NCBI GenBank assembly: GCA_902610755.1
Contig: CACLWW010000005.1
Span: 194-64,193, forward strand
Reading direction: 5' to 3'
Source: an uncultured Pelagibacteraceae bacterium
Lineage (GTDB): Bacteria > Pseudomonadota > Alphaproteobacteria > Pelagibacterales > Pelagibacteraceae
Length of the DNA stretch: 64,000 bases
Part shown: positions 19,337 to 30,133 of the stretch, one piece after another
Layout: each line of letters opens with the position of its first letter
Numbering within the stretch: the stretch's first letter is position 1
Notes under the pieces: model-generated
Told to the model about the DNA's origin: nothing
The model's input: only the letters and a program-made list of their open reading frames with translations
The model's database searches: none
Position numbers and translations under genes: made by a program

Positions 19337-20107
19337 TCAATTTTTTTTCAACCTTTTTAAGATATCACTAAGAGTTTTGTCAGTCGACTTATAAAATTTG
19401 AATTTTTTAAATAATTTAACACCTTGTTCATTTAATCCTCCAGGTGTTTGAGAATTTTTTACCAAAATTGATAAATCTTTTTCAGAATTTTTTTGTGCGT
19501 TTTCAGAAAGTGCAACAAACAATGAAGTAATATAATTTTGAGCATTTTCTCTTTTAATCCCTTTTAAAATAAGCCATCTTGATAAAGTATTTAAAAATTC
19601 GTAGAATGGCGCCATCATTCCAGATGTTGACCAGAAATTAAGAGATTTTTTTTCATTATTTATTTCAATAACCGTACCTAAGTGAGAAAAAAATTTTTTT
19701 ACTTTTTTATTTGGTGGAAATATTGGAACTGGACCTTTTCTTAAAGATATTGGTGGCAAAGGAATTGCACGAACAATATCTTTATTAATTTTAGTTAATT
19801 TTTTTAATACTGGAAGTTGTATTGTTGAAATAAAGCTAATAATGACTTGTTTTTTTTTAAAATTTAGTTTTCTGATGATTTGATTACCAACCTTTGGCGT
19901 AACAGCTAAAAAAACCCAGTCTGATTTATCGATTATTAGCTGGTTGTCTTTTTCAATTTGAATTTTTTTATTCTTTTTTCTTAAAAAAGAGGAAATTTTT
20001 TTATTCCGTTCTGATAAATAAATTTTTTTAAACTTTAATTTCGACCCTAGGATGCCAATAACTACGGCTTTTGTAATTTCACCAGTTCCAATAAATCCTA
20101 ATTTCAT
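19337..20107 (-). CDS. proC: Pyrroline-5-carboxylate reductase family protein
   Basis: GFIGTGEI, LAVTP, QTPGGLNEQG. Confidence 0.8.
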   Translation of the reverse strand: MKLGFIGTGEITKAVVIGILGSKLKFKKIYLSERNKKISSFLRKKNKKIQIEKDNQLIIDKSDWVFLAVTPKVGNQIIRKLNFKKKQVIISFISTIQLPVLKKLTKINKDIVRAIPLPPISLRKGPVPIFPPNKKVKKFFSHLGTVIEINNEKKSLNFWSTSGMMAPFYEFLNTLSRWLILKGIKRENAQNYITSLFVALSENAQKNSEKDLSILVKNSQTPGGLNEQGVKLFKKFKFYKSTDKTLSDILKRLKKN

Positions 20108-20144
20108 AATATTAAGAATATTCTTATCACAAAAACTAAAATAT

Positions 20145-20248
20145 TGATGTGGTGCTAAAAATTACACTTAAAGGCTTTTTTGAAGGATAGTCCTAAAAAA
20201 CCGGGAGCTAAAGATGGCTAGATAGGACTATCTAACACCAATATATCA
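20145..20248 (-). ncRNA. Candidate structured RNA upstream of proC
   Basis: Perfect 10-bp stem GATAGTCCTA (20186-20195)/TAGGACTATC (20223-20232); outer 8-bp stem 20150-20157/20233-20240 closes with a G-U pair only on the minus strand; GC-rich stretch in an unusually long intergenic region. Confidence 0.5.
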
Positions 20249-20298
20249 CACTCCATAAAAATTGCATTAAGCAATTTTTTGATATTAATTAAATATTT

Positions 20299-20592
20299 AT
20301 GAAAAAAGGTCACAGGCCTATTACAAAAGTCAAAAATCCAGAGCCAAATTCTATGAGTCCAGATTGGGTTGTGTGGGCTGCCTGGGCGGATCGCATCACT
20401 TTTGAGGAGATAAAAAAAAGATCTGGATATTCTGAAAATGACGTAATCAAATTGATGAGGAAAAAATTAAAACCCTCTTCTTTTAGACTTTGGAGAAAAA
20501 GAGCTAAAAATCAAAGCATCAAGCATAGAAAAAAATTTGAATTATCAAGAAAAGAAATAAGAAGAAAAATAAAAAAAAATGACTATATATAA
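20299..20592 (+). CDS. TIGR03643/DUF2805 family protein
   Basis: AWADRITFEEI..G.SE.DVIKLMR..LKPSSFRLWRKR. Confidence 0.85.
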   Translation: MKKGHRPITKVKNPEPNSMSPDWVVWAAWADRITFEEIKKRSGYSENDVIKLMRKKLKPSSFRLWRKRAKNQSIKHRKKFELSRKEIRRKIKKNDYI

Positions 20593-20595
20593 GAA

Positions 20596-20850
20596 ATGAA
20601 AAATATTCTCATTTATACAGGTCCTTCTTGTAATTTTTGTGATGCTGCAAAAAGATTGCTTGAAAGAAATAAATTAAAATTTAATGAAATAGATGTTTCG
20701 TCCGGTGAAGGTATAAGAGATGAGATGATTAAAAAAACTAATGGTCAAAGAACTATACCCCAAATTTTTTTTGGGGAACATCACGTTGGTGGCTACACTG
20801 AATTAAGAGCTTTAGAAAAAGAAAATAAGCTAAAAAAGCTTCTAGAATAA
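20596..20850 (+). CDS. grxC: Glutaredoxin 3
   Basis: CNFC, RTIPQIF, HVGG. Confidence 0.92.
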   Translation: MKNILIYTGPSCNFCDAAKRLLERNKLKFNEIDVSSGEGIRDEMIKKTNGQRTIPQIFFGEHHVGGYTELRALEKENKLKKLLE

Positions 20851-21184
20851 AATAAAATAAAGTATCAATAGTATTAAAGTAATTTCAAAAAAAAGTTTTA
20901 AATTGATGTAATTTTTGTTCATCAAATTTTTCTTTTAACTTATTTTTTATAAAAGAAAAACTTAACTGAACCAACAACACACATACAAAAATCCCAATAA
21001 AAGTCAGTTTAATTGAGAAATTTTTAAATCCAAAATAACAAGCAGCTAAAAAGGAAAACCAAGAGATTTTTGAAATAAATATTTTAAATATTAATCCAAC
21101 TTTTTTATTAAAAATTGATTGCGTTTTAATGATTGATAATGACCAAATTAAACCTAATAAAAAAAGGGTATATTGAAAAATCAT
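20842..21184 (-). CDS. Small membrane protein; apparent +1 frameshift in a T8 run near the 3' end
   Basis: ORF stops at 20885; removing one T from 20887-20894 adds the TM-like tail EITLILLILYFILF ending at TAG ~20842. Confidence 0.6.
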
Positions 21185-21552
21185 TTTTTAGGTTTGAAGT
21201 TTAGACAGACACCATTGTTGCAAAATCTTTTTCCAGTTGGTTTAGGTCCGTCATCAAATATATGTCCGTGATGACCGCCACAATTTTTGCAATGATATTC
21301 TGTTCTTGCGTAACCAATATGATGATCAGTTTTAGTTTCAAACACGTTAGGTAATGACTCATAAAATGAGGGCCAGCCAGAACCACTTTCGTATTTGGAA
21401 CTAGAGTCGAATAATTTTACATCGCAATTTACACAGTGATAAGATCCTTCTCTTTTTTCTTCGTTTAATATACTTGATCCTGGTCTTTCAGTGGCCTCTT
21501 CAAATAGAATTAATTTTTGTTCTGAAGAAAGTTTTGAACTAATTTTTTTCAT
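21181..21552 (-). CDS. msrB: Peptide-methionine (R)-S-oxide reductase
   Basis: ATERPGS, KYESGSGWPSF, HGHIFDDGP, RFCNN; ATG at 21552 overlaps the upstream stop (ATGA). Confidence 0.95.
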   Translation of the reverse strand: MKKISSKLSSEQKLILFEEATERPGSSILNEEKREGSYHCVNCDVKLFDSSSKYESGSGWPSFYESLPNVFETKTDHHIGYARTEYHCKNCGGHHGHIFDDGPKPTGKRFCNNGVCLNFKPKK

Positions 21553-22442
21553 AATATTGATGCACAAGATTTATGTAAAATTGCATGAAGCTCAACTAAT
21601 TTTTTAAAATCTTTGTTATATCCGCCGCCTAATACGCCACATAAAGGTATTTTTTTATCAAAAAAATTAGAAATTACTAATTCTTCTCTATTTCTAATAC
21701 CTTCATCTGTGATTTTTAATTTGCCAAGTCTATCATTATAATGAATGTCTACTCCAGCAATATAGAAAATCAAATCGAAGTTTTCTTTGTTTAAAATAAG
21801 TAAATTCTTTTTTAAAATATCAATATATTCCTTATCTTCAGTATTATCTTTCAATTCTACATCTAGATCGCTATTTGATTTTTTTGCTGGGTAATTTGAT
21901 TTACAATGCATACTAAAGGTAAAAACTGATCTATCTTTTTTAAAAATTTCAGAATTTCCATTTCCTTGATGAACATCTAAGTCAATTATCAATACTTTTT
22001 TAATAGTTTTTTTTGAAAGCACATGCTTAGCTGCAACTGCTACATCATTGAAAACACAATAACCTGCTCCTTCATTTCGTGTTGCATGATGGCTTCCGCC
22101 CGCTGTGTTACACGATAAACGATTTTGTAAAGCCAATTTACTTGCTAGGACTGTTCCACCTGTAGCTCTAAATGATCTATTAATTACGCTATCATTTAGA
22201 GGAAAGCCTATTTTTTTTTGAGATTGGGTATCTAAATTCTTATTTTTAATCTTATTAATATAGTCTAGTGAATGCGCTTTACTTAATGTTTCTACAGAAC
22301 AAAATTCAGGTTGTATAAATTTTTTGGTAACGCCTTCATTTATCAAATAATTTGCAAGCTCGCCAAATTTTTTTATGGGAAATTTATTATCGTCATTTAT
22401 TTTTGCAACATAATCATCATGATTTATTATTGGTAAGTTCAT
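21549..22442 (-). CDS. Histone deacetylase family (Zn-dependent) protein
   Basis: GGSHHA, GYCVFNDVAV, DLDVHQGNG, AGVD, GGGY. Confidence 0.92.
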   Translation of the reverse strand: MNLPIINHDDYVAKINDDNKFPIKKFGELANYLINEGVTKKFIQPEFCSVETLSKAHSLDYINKIKNKNLDTQSQKKIGFPLNDSVINRSFRATGGTVLASKLALQNRLSCNTAGGSHHATRNEGAGYCVFNDVAVAAKHVLSKKTIKKVLIIDLDVHQGNGNSEIFKKDRSVFTFSMHCKSNYPAKKSNSDLDVELKDNTEDKEYIDILKKNLLILNKENFDLIFYIAGVDIHYNDRLGKLKITDEGIRNREELVISNFFDKKIPLCGVLGGGYNKDFKKLVELHAILHKSCASIL

Positions 22443-23339
22443 TTAATTACTTATTCTCTTATTAGATATTAATATCCCGCTTAAAATGAATAAAGCTCCT
22501 AATGCATGAAAAAACATAAATCTCTCTTCAAAAATAATCAATGCCATTATCGCACTTAATATTGGCATTAAGTGCAAAAAAATTCCTGATCTATTCGGAC
22601 CAATCAATGAAATTCCTTTGATCCAACATATGAATGATAATAGGCCTGGAAATAAAACAACATAAGCGAGAGTTAGCGTAAAAGGTAGGTTAATTTCAAT
22701 ACGATAACCTAAAATAAACTCAAAAATATAAACTGGAATTAAAAATAGTAGACCAAAAGAAATAATTATTTGTAATAAACAAAGCTGAGATACGTCATGT
22801 TTTTTCATTTTAAGTAAGGCCGAATATGTCGCCCAAGATAACATTGCAACAACCATAGTTAAATCACCTTTATTAAAATTTAGATTTCTTAAAACTTCAA
22901 AATTAGCTTTTGTAATAATTGTAATGACACCCAAAAATGATAGTACCACTCCAATCAATTGAAATATGTTAGCTTTCTCAATCTTCAATATTGAAGAAAT
23001 GAACATAATCATTACTGGAATTGTTGAAATCATAAGCACACCGCTAATAACTTGAGTAAAATTTAGTGAATAATACACTATGGAATTAAAAACTGTAACA
23101 CTTGTTATTCCTAACAAAATAAAAAATTTATAATTATCTATTATATAATTTTTGTTAAGAATAATTTCATTATATGTAAATGGTATCAAAATAAGCCACG
23201 CAAATAACCATCTATAAAAATTTAAAGAAAAGGGTGGAATTTCATGGTAACTAGCATACTTTCCAACTAAAAAATTTCCAGACCAAAATAAAACTGCTAA
23301 AAATAGAAATATATAAGCAAAGTTAATTTTTCTTATCAA
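22443..23339 (-). CDS. DMT/EamA family transporter
   Basis: FWSGNF, YRW, IGPNRSGIF; 10 TM segments. Confidence 0.87.
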   Translation of the reverse strand: MIRKINFAYIFLFLAVLFWSGNFLVGKYASYHEIPPFSLNFYRWLFAWLILIPFTYNEIILNKNYIIDNYKFFILLGITSVTVFNSIVYYSLNFTQVISGVLMISTIPVMIMFISSILKIEKANIFQLIGVVLSFLGVITIITKANFEVLRNLNFNKGDLTMVVAMLSWATYSALLKMKKHDVSQLCLLQIIISFGLLFLIPVYIFEFILGYRIEINLPFTLTLAYVVLFPGLLSFICWIKGISLIGPNRSGIFLHLMPILSAIMALIIFEERFMFFHALGALFILSGILISNKRISN

Positions 23340-23341
23340 TT

Positions 23342-24577
23342 CTAACTAAACCTTACGGAACTGTAGGGTTCCAGATCTAAATTGGTTTTTTCTCCAGAAA
23401 TCATTTTTGAAACTATTTTCCCCGAAATTGCACCTAAAGTCCATCCTAAATGGTGATGACCAAATGAATAATAAACGTTTTTATGATTTTTTGAACTTCC
23501 AATTATTGGTAAAAAATCTGGAAGTGTTGGTCTAAATCCTAGCCATTCATCTTCATGCTCGGGTAATCCATCAAGCATATATTTTGCATTCTCCATTAAA
23601 TTTTTAATTCTAGATTTTGAAAGTGGATTATCTAATCCTCCAAATTCTACAGTCCCAACAACTCTTAAACCTTGCTCCATTGGTGTCATACCAAAACCCC
23701 TATTTGCAAAAACAACAGGTCTTGAAATTAAATGTTCACAGTTTTTAAAGTGAATATGATATCCCCTTTCAGTATCTAAAGGAATATTTTCGTTTAAATT
23801 ATCAGTCAATTTTTTTGAAAACGCACCACATGCTACAATTACTTTATCAAAAATTATTTTTTCATTTGCAGTCTTTATAATCGGTGTGTCGCCATTGAAA
23901 ATTATATTTTCTACGTTTATTTTTTTGAATTTGCCGCCTTTTTTTAAAAAAAGATCAAATAATTTTAATAATACTTTTCTAGGGTTAATAGTGTGTCTAG
24001 CATTAGGATAAAAAACTCCCCCATGATAAAATTTTTTTAAATTAGGCTCCAAATCACTTATCTCTTTAGGAGTTATTAATTGTTGTTCTACACCAAGTTG
24101 ATCCCTTATTTTTATTTCTAATTCTCTACTCGCTATATTTTTTTTGGTCCAAACATACATTATACCATTTTTTTTTACCAAACCATCAAGATCAATTTCG
24201 TCAAATAGTTCGTCATAAGCAGGTAATGCTAAATCTAAAATTTGATGCATGTATTTTGCTGTATGCATCATTTTTTTTGATGTGCAATTCTTAATTAATT
24301 TAAAGAACCATGGGATCATTTTTGGTACATAATTCCACTTTAAGGCTAATGGTCCTGTTGAGCTCATTAGCATAGCGGGGACATCTGTTAATATGTCTGG
24401 CCTATTTAGTGGTACAGAAGCGTAAGGTGAAAAATGACCAGCATTTCCATAAGATGCTGCTGAACCGGGTTCCTCCCTATCAAAAAGATGTACTTCATAG
24501 TTTTTTTTTTGAAGAAATAAAGCGTTACATACACCTTGAATACCAGCGCCTACTATTCCAATTTTATTAAAACTCAT
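23342..24577 (-). CDS. dadA: D-amino acid dehydrogenase family FAD oxidoreductase
   Basis: IVGAGIQG, ASYGNAG, ERGYH, WLGFRPTLPD, FGHHHLGWTLG. Confidence 0.8.
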   Translation of the reverse strand: MSFNKIGIVGAGIQGVCNALFLQKKNYEVHLFDREEPGSAASYGNAGHFSPYASVPLNRPDILTDVPAMLMSSTGPLALKWNYVPKMIPWFFKLIKNCTSKKMMHTAKYMHQILDLALPAYDELFDEIDLDGLVKKNGIMYVWTKKNIASRELEIKIRDQLGVEQQLITPKEISDLEPNLKKFYHGGVFYPNARHTINPRKVLLKLFDLFLKKGGKFKKINVENIIFNGDTPIIKTANEKIIFDKVIVACGAFSKKLTDNLNENIPLDTERGYHIHFKNCEHLISRPVVFANRGFGMTPMEQGLRVVGTVEFGGLDNPLSKSRIKNLMENAKYMLDGLPEHEDEWLGFRPTLPDFLPIIGSSKNHKNVYYSFGHHHLGWTLGAISGKIVSKMISGEKTNLDLEPYSSVRFS

Positions 24578-24619
24578 TCTTAAAGATACAATATCAAAAA
24601 GAAAAATTATTGCGACAAA

Positions 24620-25745
24620 TTAAGCAATAAGTTGCTTTTGATAAATTTTTGTACTCATCACAATACTAAAACCTATCATCGTTGCTAACATTGAAGAACC
24701 ACCATAAGACATTATTGGTAAAGGGGAACCAACTATTGGCAACAAACCTAAAACCATAGACATATTTACAGTGATAAATACAAAAATTGATGATGCAAAT
24801 CCAAAACAAAACAATTTACCAAAAAAAACTTCTAGCGTTTTTTCCTATATCTATCACTCTATAAATAATAACACCGTAAATAAATAAAAGTGCTAACGAC
24901 CCAATAAAACCATGCTCTTCGGAAAATAACGTAAAAATAAAATCTGTATGTTTCTCAGGTAAAAATTCAAGGTAACCTTGTGTTCCTTTTAAAAAACCTT
25001 TTCCAGTAAGACCGCCTGATCCTATAGCTATTTTAGATTGAATAATTTGATAACCTGCTCCTAAAGGATCTTTATCAGGATTAAAAAAAGTTAAAATTCT
25101 AAGTTTTTGATATGGTTTTAAAAATGCAATAACAAAAGGCATTGAAATTAATAAAAACAAACCTGAATATATAAAATATTTTAAGTTAATGCCTGCAAGC
25201 CAGAGCACTATAATTCCGCTTAGTGCAATTAAAATTGAAGTTCCCAAGTCAGGTTGACTGACAACTAACAATATTGGTAGAATCAATATCATCATAGGAA
25301 CAAGTAAATTTTTAAAGTGGTTAATCTGACTTATCTGGGCTCTGTGATAAAATTTTGCAAAACAAACTATAATAGCAATTTTCATCAATTCTGACGGTTG
25401 AAGATTTATAAAGTACAAATCGACCCATCTTTGAGAACCAGAGGCAGTAATTCCGTAAAGAGATGCCCATATAAGTAATCCCAAAACTACAATATAAAAT
25501 AGATAACCAGTTGCATGCCAAAATCTTATATTTAAGAAAGAAAGAACAAACATCATTACAAAGAAAATTATAAATCTTAAAACATGACTTTTTGTATGAT
25601 ATAAAAGTTCACCTCCATCGGTTGCATACATTGCCAAAGAACTTATGACACCTAATATTAAAATACAGACTATCAGAATATAATCCATCGATCTTAATTT
25701 TTGAAAGAATGTTGTTTGTCCGCTTAGTGCTGTTTCTTTAAACAT
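24620..25745 (-). CDS. rodA: Rod shape-determining protein RodA (SEDS); +1 frameshift at T8 24821-24828
   Basis: QPSE, QPDLGT, PEKHTDFIF upstream; LPIMSYGGSS downstream; deleting one T joins them as ..RSFFGKLFCFG.. Confidence 0.9.
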
Positions 25746-27726
25746 TTATATTTCCATTAAACTTTTTTCTCTGATTTTTTCTCTTTCCTCGTGTCTATCA
25801 ACAATAGTTTTAAATAATTTTTTTGCTAAAGGTGCTGCAGCAGAACTTCCCGCTCCACCATGTTCCACAAAAACACTTAAAGCATATCGTGGATTAACAT
25901 ATGGTCCAAATGCTACATATAAGGCATGATCTCTTTCTTCATAAGGAATTTGTGATATATCTAGATCAAGTTCTCTTTGTATCTCTGTAATTTTTTTGAC
26001 CTGAGAAGTTCCAGTTTTTCCTGCAAATTGGTATTTTTTATCGTTAATTCTTGATGAATAGGATGTGCCTGTGACTTCGTTTGTAGATGCAAACATAGCT
26101 TCAAGAACAAATTTTACATTTTCCTGGTTTCTATACAAAGGTTTATAAAGATCGGTATCGCCTTTTTTCTTCTCTAAAGAAAAGTCAACCAATGCATCAT
26201 CTTGTTGGAAGTCGCTTAATTGTTCAATTCTATTTTTTTCCATTTCAGCCTTTATTTTTTCATAAGAGTCACTTTTTTTTATCGTAGATTATTTTTGGTT
26301 TAATCTTAAAACCTCCATTTGCAAGTTGAGCAGTCATAAGACATAGTTGAAGTGGAGTTGTCTGCATATACCCTTGTCCTATTCCAGTAATTAAAGTTTC
26401 TCCTAAAACCCATCCTCTTCCTAACGCATTCTTTTTCCATTGTGTTGATGGTATTAATCCTTTTTTTTCTTCGTTGTAAGTTCCATTAAATACCTTTTCA
26501 CCTAGACCAAATTTTTTAGCTGTAAGATTTAATCTATCCACTCCAAGTCTTCTTGACATTTCATAAAAAAAGGTATCACAGGACACTTTAAGAGCTTTTC
26601 TTAAGTCTACGATGCCATGACCTGTGTCTTTCCAACAGTGATATGTTTGCCCGTACATTTCTGTTTTGCCAGTGCAATTAACTTTAAACTTTGTTGAGAT
26701 TACATCATTTTCAAGTGCGGAAAGTGCAACAATTGGCTTAATGGTTGATCCAGGAGGATATAAACCTTGTATAGATCTATTTATTAATGGTTTTTTTGGA
26801 TTGTTAAGTATTTCATTCCAATTGTCATGACTTATTCCATACAAAAATAAATTTGGATCGAAAGATGGAGAAGAATGCATTGCAATTAGTTCACCAGTGT
26901 AAATATCCATAACACATATTGATCCAGCTTTATCTTTAAGAAGTTCGTTACATTGAGCTTGTATTTCTGTATCGACTGTTAGTTTAATATTGGTTCCTTT
27001 TTTTCCTTCAACAAAATCAATCTGATTAATTCGTTTTCCATATGCGTTTACTTCATATCTTTGGATACCATTTGAACCAATTAATTGATTTTCATAAGTT
27101 TTTTCTAAACCAATTTTACCGACTCTTAGACCGGGAACGTGACTTTTTTTAATAACTTCATTTTCAATTAAATCTTTTTCACTTGCTTGAGCAACATATC
27201 CAAGTAAATGAGTAAATTTTTCATCATAAGGATAGTTTCTTGCAACTGAGAGAACAGGTTTAGCACCTGATAATTCATGAAGGTAAAAATTAATTTTTGC
27301 AAACTGATCCCAGCTTAAATTCTCCGATATTATCAAAGTCTCCCAAGATTTTTGCTGGCTTCTTTTCTTAAGAATTTTTTTAAAAGTTTTAGAATCTATA
27401 TCTAGGATGTCTCTAAGTCTTATCATTAAATATCTAAAATCTTCAACTTGCTCAGGTACCACATGTAATTGATAAACTTTGAGATTGCTGGCAATTTTAT
27501 TACCGAAAAAATCTTCAAAATCCCCTCTGACAGGTGGTAATCTCCATTCTCTTAATCGATTTTTATCAGATAAAGTTAAATATTTTTTATTCTCATTAAT
27601 TTGAAGACTGAAGAGTCTTGTTATAATTCCACCAAATATTACTAATTTAGCAGCAGTCATAATGAACATTCTTCTATTTACTGTGCTAAGTTTTTTGTAT
27701 CCTGAATCTCCTCCACCACCAAACAT
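25746..27726 (-). CDS. mrdA: Penicillin-binding protein 2; +1 frameshift at A8 26273-26280
   Basis: PGSTIK (SxxK) and SCD upstream; AGKTGTSQ downstream; deleting one A gives ..YDKKSDSYEKIKAEMEKNR.. Confidence 0.9.
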
Positions 27727-27728
27727 AA

Positions 27729-28239
27729 TTATCTCGTAATATTAAATTTTGAATAATAATCAAAAATATATGAAAAAATATAATAAAACATAAATGTAAA
27801 AATAATATTAAAAAATAGGAAATAATAATTCATATCTATTCCAAAAAATATTATAAGAACAATATAAAGTATTGAATTTACTAGTGAGATAGTAAATAGA
27901 AAAAAAAGCCAATCTTTTATGAGGTTTGGTCTCAAGGTGATATTTCTTAAATATACCGCAAAACCACATATTAAGAGATATGAAAGACTGCTAATGCCCA
28001 TAGGTAACCCAACAACGACGTCGTTTATCAATCCTGCGATAAAAACAAGGCCATATCCTAGCTTTTCTCCACCTTTTAAGCTCCAGTAAAAAAATTAATA
28101 TAAATGGAAAATTAAAAGAGAAATATTTAAAGTTAAGATAATTAAAATCAAATTCGTTAAGAACTGATATAAATAATATAATAATTGGTAAAGAATTAAA
28201 AATTTTACTTAAAATTGATATTTTTGATATTTCAATCAT
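27729..28239 (-). CDS. mreD: Rod shape-determining protein MreD; +1 frameshift at T7 28088-28094
   Basis: Position between mreC and mrdA; the repaired read IFYWSLKGGEKLGYGLVFIAGLINDVVVGLPMG is MreD-like. Confidence 0.8.
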
Positions 28240-29092
28240 TTTGTTTTACCTCTTCAAAAGATACAATTTTTACCAAACGCAATTGGGAAAAATCTGAGTG
28301 GAATTTAACTTTAATAGTATCAAGACCAATTTCCTCATTGGCAATCGTTTTTCCAATTGGAATTCCCGAACGAAAAATTCCTCCTGATCCAGACGTAAAA
28401 ATTTCAGAGTCATTCTCTAATTCATAATCATCTTTTATGTATTGAATTTCTCCATAACTAGACCCACTTCCTGAAAGTATTGATTGAACACCATTTGGTT
28501 CTATAGAAACAGGAATTTTACTATTTAAATCTGACAATAATAGAATTCTTGAAGTTGAATAATTTACTTCTACAACTTTTCCCACAAGAAATTTTCCGTC
28601 TAAAACTGCCATACCCAATATTACGTTATCTTTACTTCCTCTGTTTACTATTACAGACCTTAAAAAAGGACTTTTTTTATCTATAATTACTTTTGCTAAT
28701 AGTTCAGATGATTGTGTTGATACATCGTTAATCTTTGATTTAAGTGCCTCGTTTTCAGATTTTAAAAAATCTGAATTTAGCTTTGTTGCCTTAAGGTTTT
28801 CATAATCTTCTTTTAATCTTTCATAGTTTGAATATAAACTAAAATGACCACGTATTGTTTGATAGCTGCTTTTGGCAATGTTTTCTGGAACAGATACAAT
28901 AAACGTTGTTCTGTAAACAATTTCTTTTATAGATAGTTTTAAAAAGTTTACTCCTTTGAAATTATATTTACCAAGTACTATTATAAAAATTGAAAAAAGT
29001 ATAAGAGCTATAAGTGAAAATCTCTGTTGGTTTCCTTTTTTAAGAAATGCAGATCTGATTGCAATAATGAAATCATCTCTGTTTGTTTGCAT
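28232..29092 (-). CDS. mreC: Rod shape-determining protein MreC
   Basis: TM plus coiled coil, GMAV..LVGKV, TSGSGGIF..GIPIG. Confidence 0.92.
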   Translation of the reverse strand: MQTNRDDFIIAIRSAFLKKGNQQRFSLIALILFSIFIIVLGKYNFKGVNFLKLSIKEIVYRTTFIVSVPENIAKSSYQTIRGHFSLYSNYERLKEDYENLKATKLNSDFLKSENEALKSKINDVSTQSSELLAKVIIDKKSPFLRSVIVNRGSKDNVILGMAVLDGKFLVGKVVEVNYSTSRILLLSDLNSKIPVSIEPNGVQSILSGSGSSYGEIQYIKDDYELENDSEIFTSGSGGIFRSGIPIGKTIANEEIGLDTIKVKFHSDFSQLRLVKIVSFEEVKQND

Positions 29093-29098
29093 CGTTTA

Positions 29099-30133
<1,035 letters not shown>

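Noticed and set aside
20145-20248. 6S RNA or SAM-II/SAM-V riboswitch identity for the proC leader element
   Set aside because: Too short and asymmetric for 6S, not in the zapA/ygfA context, and lacks the SAM-II/V core motifs by eye
24620-28239. Calling rodA, mrdA and mreD pseudogenes, or six separate genes
   Set aside because: Each has a single homopolymer indel, intact catalytic motifs and no further decay; treated as frameshifted CDS
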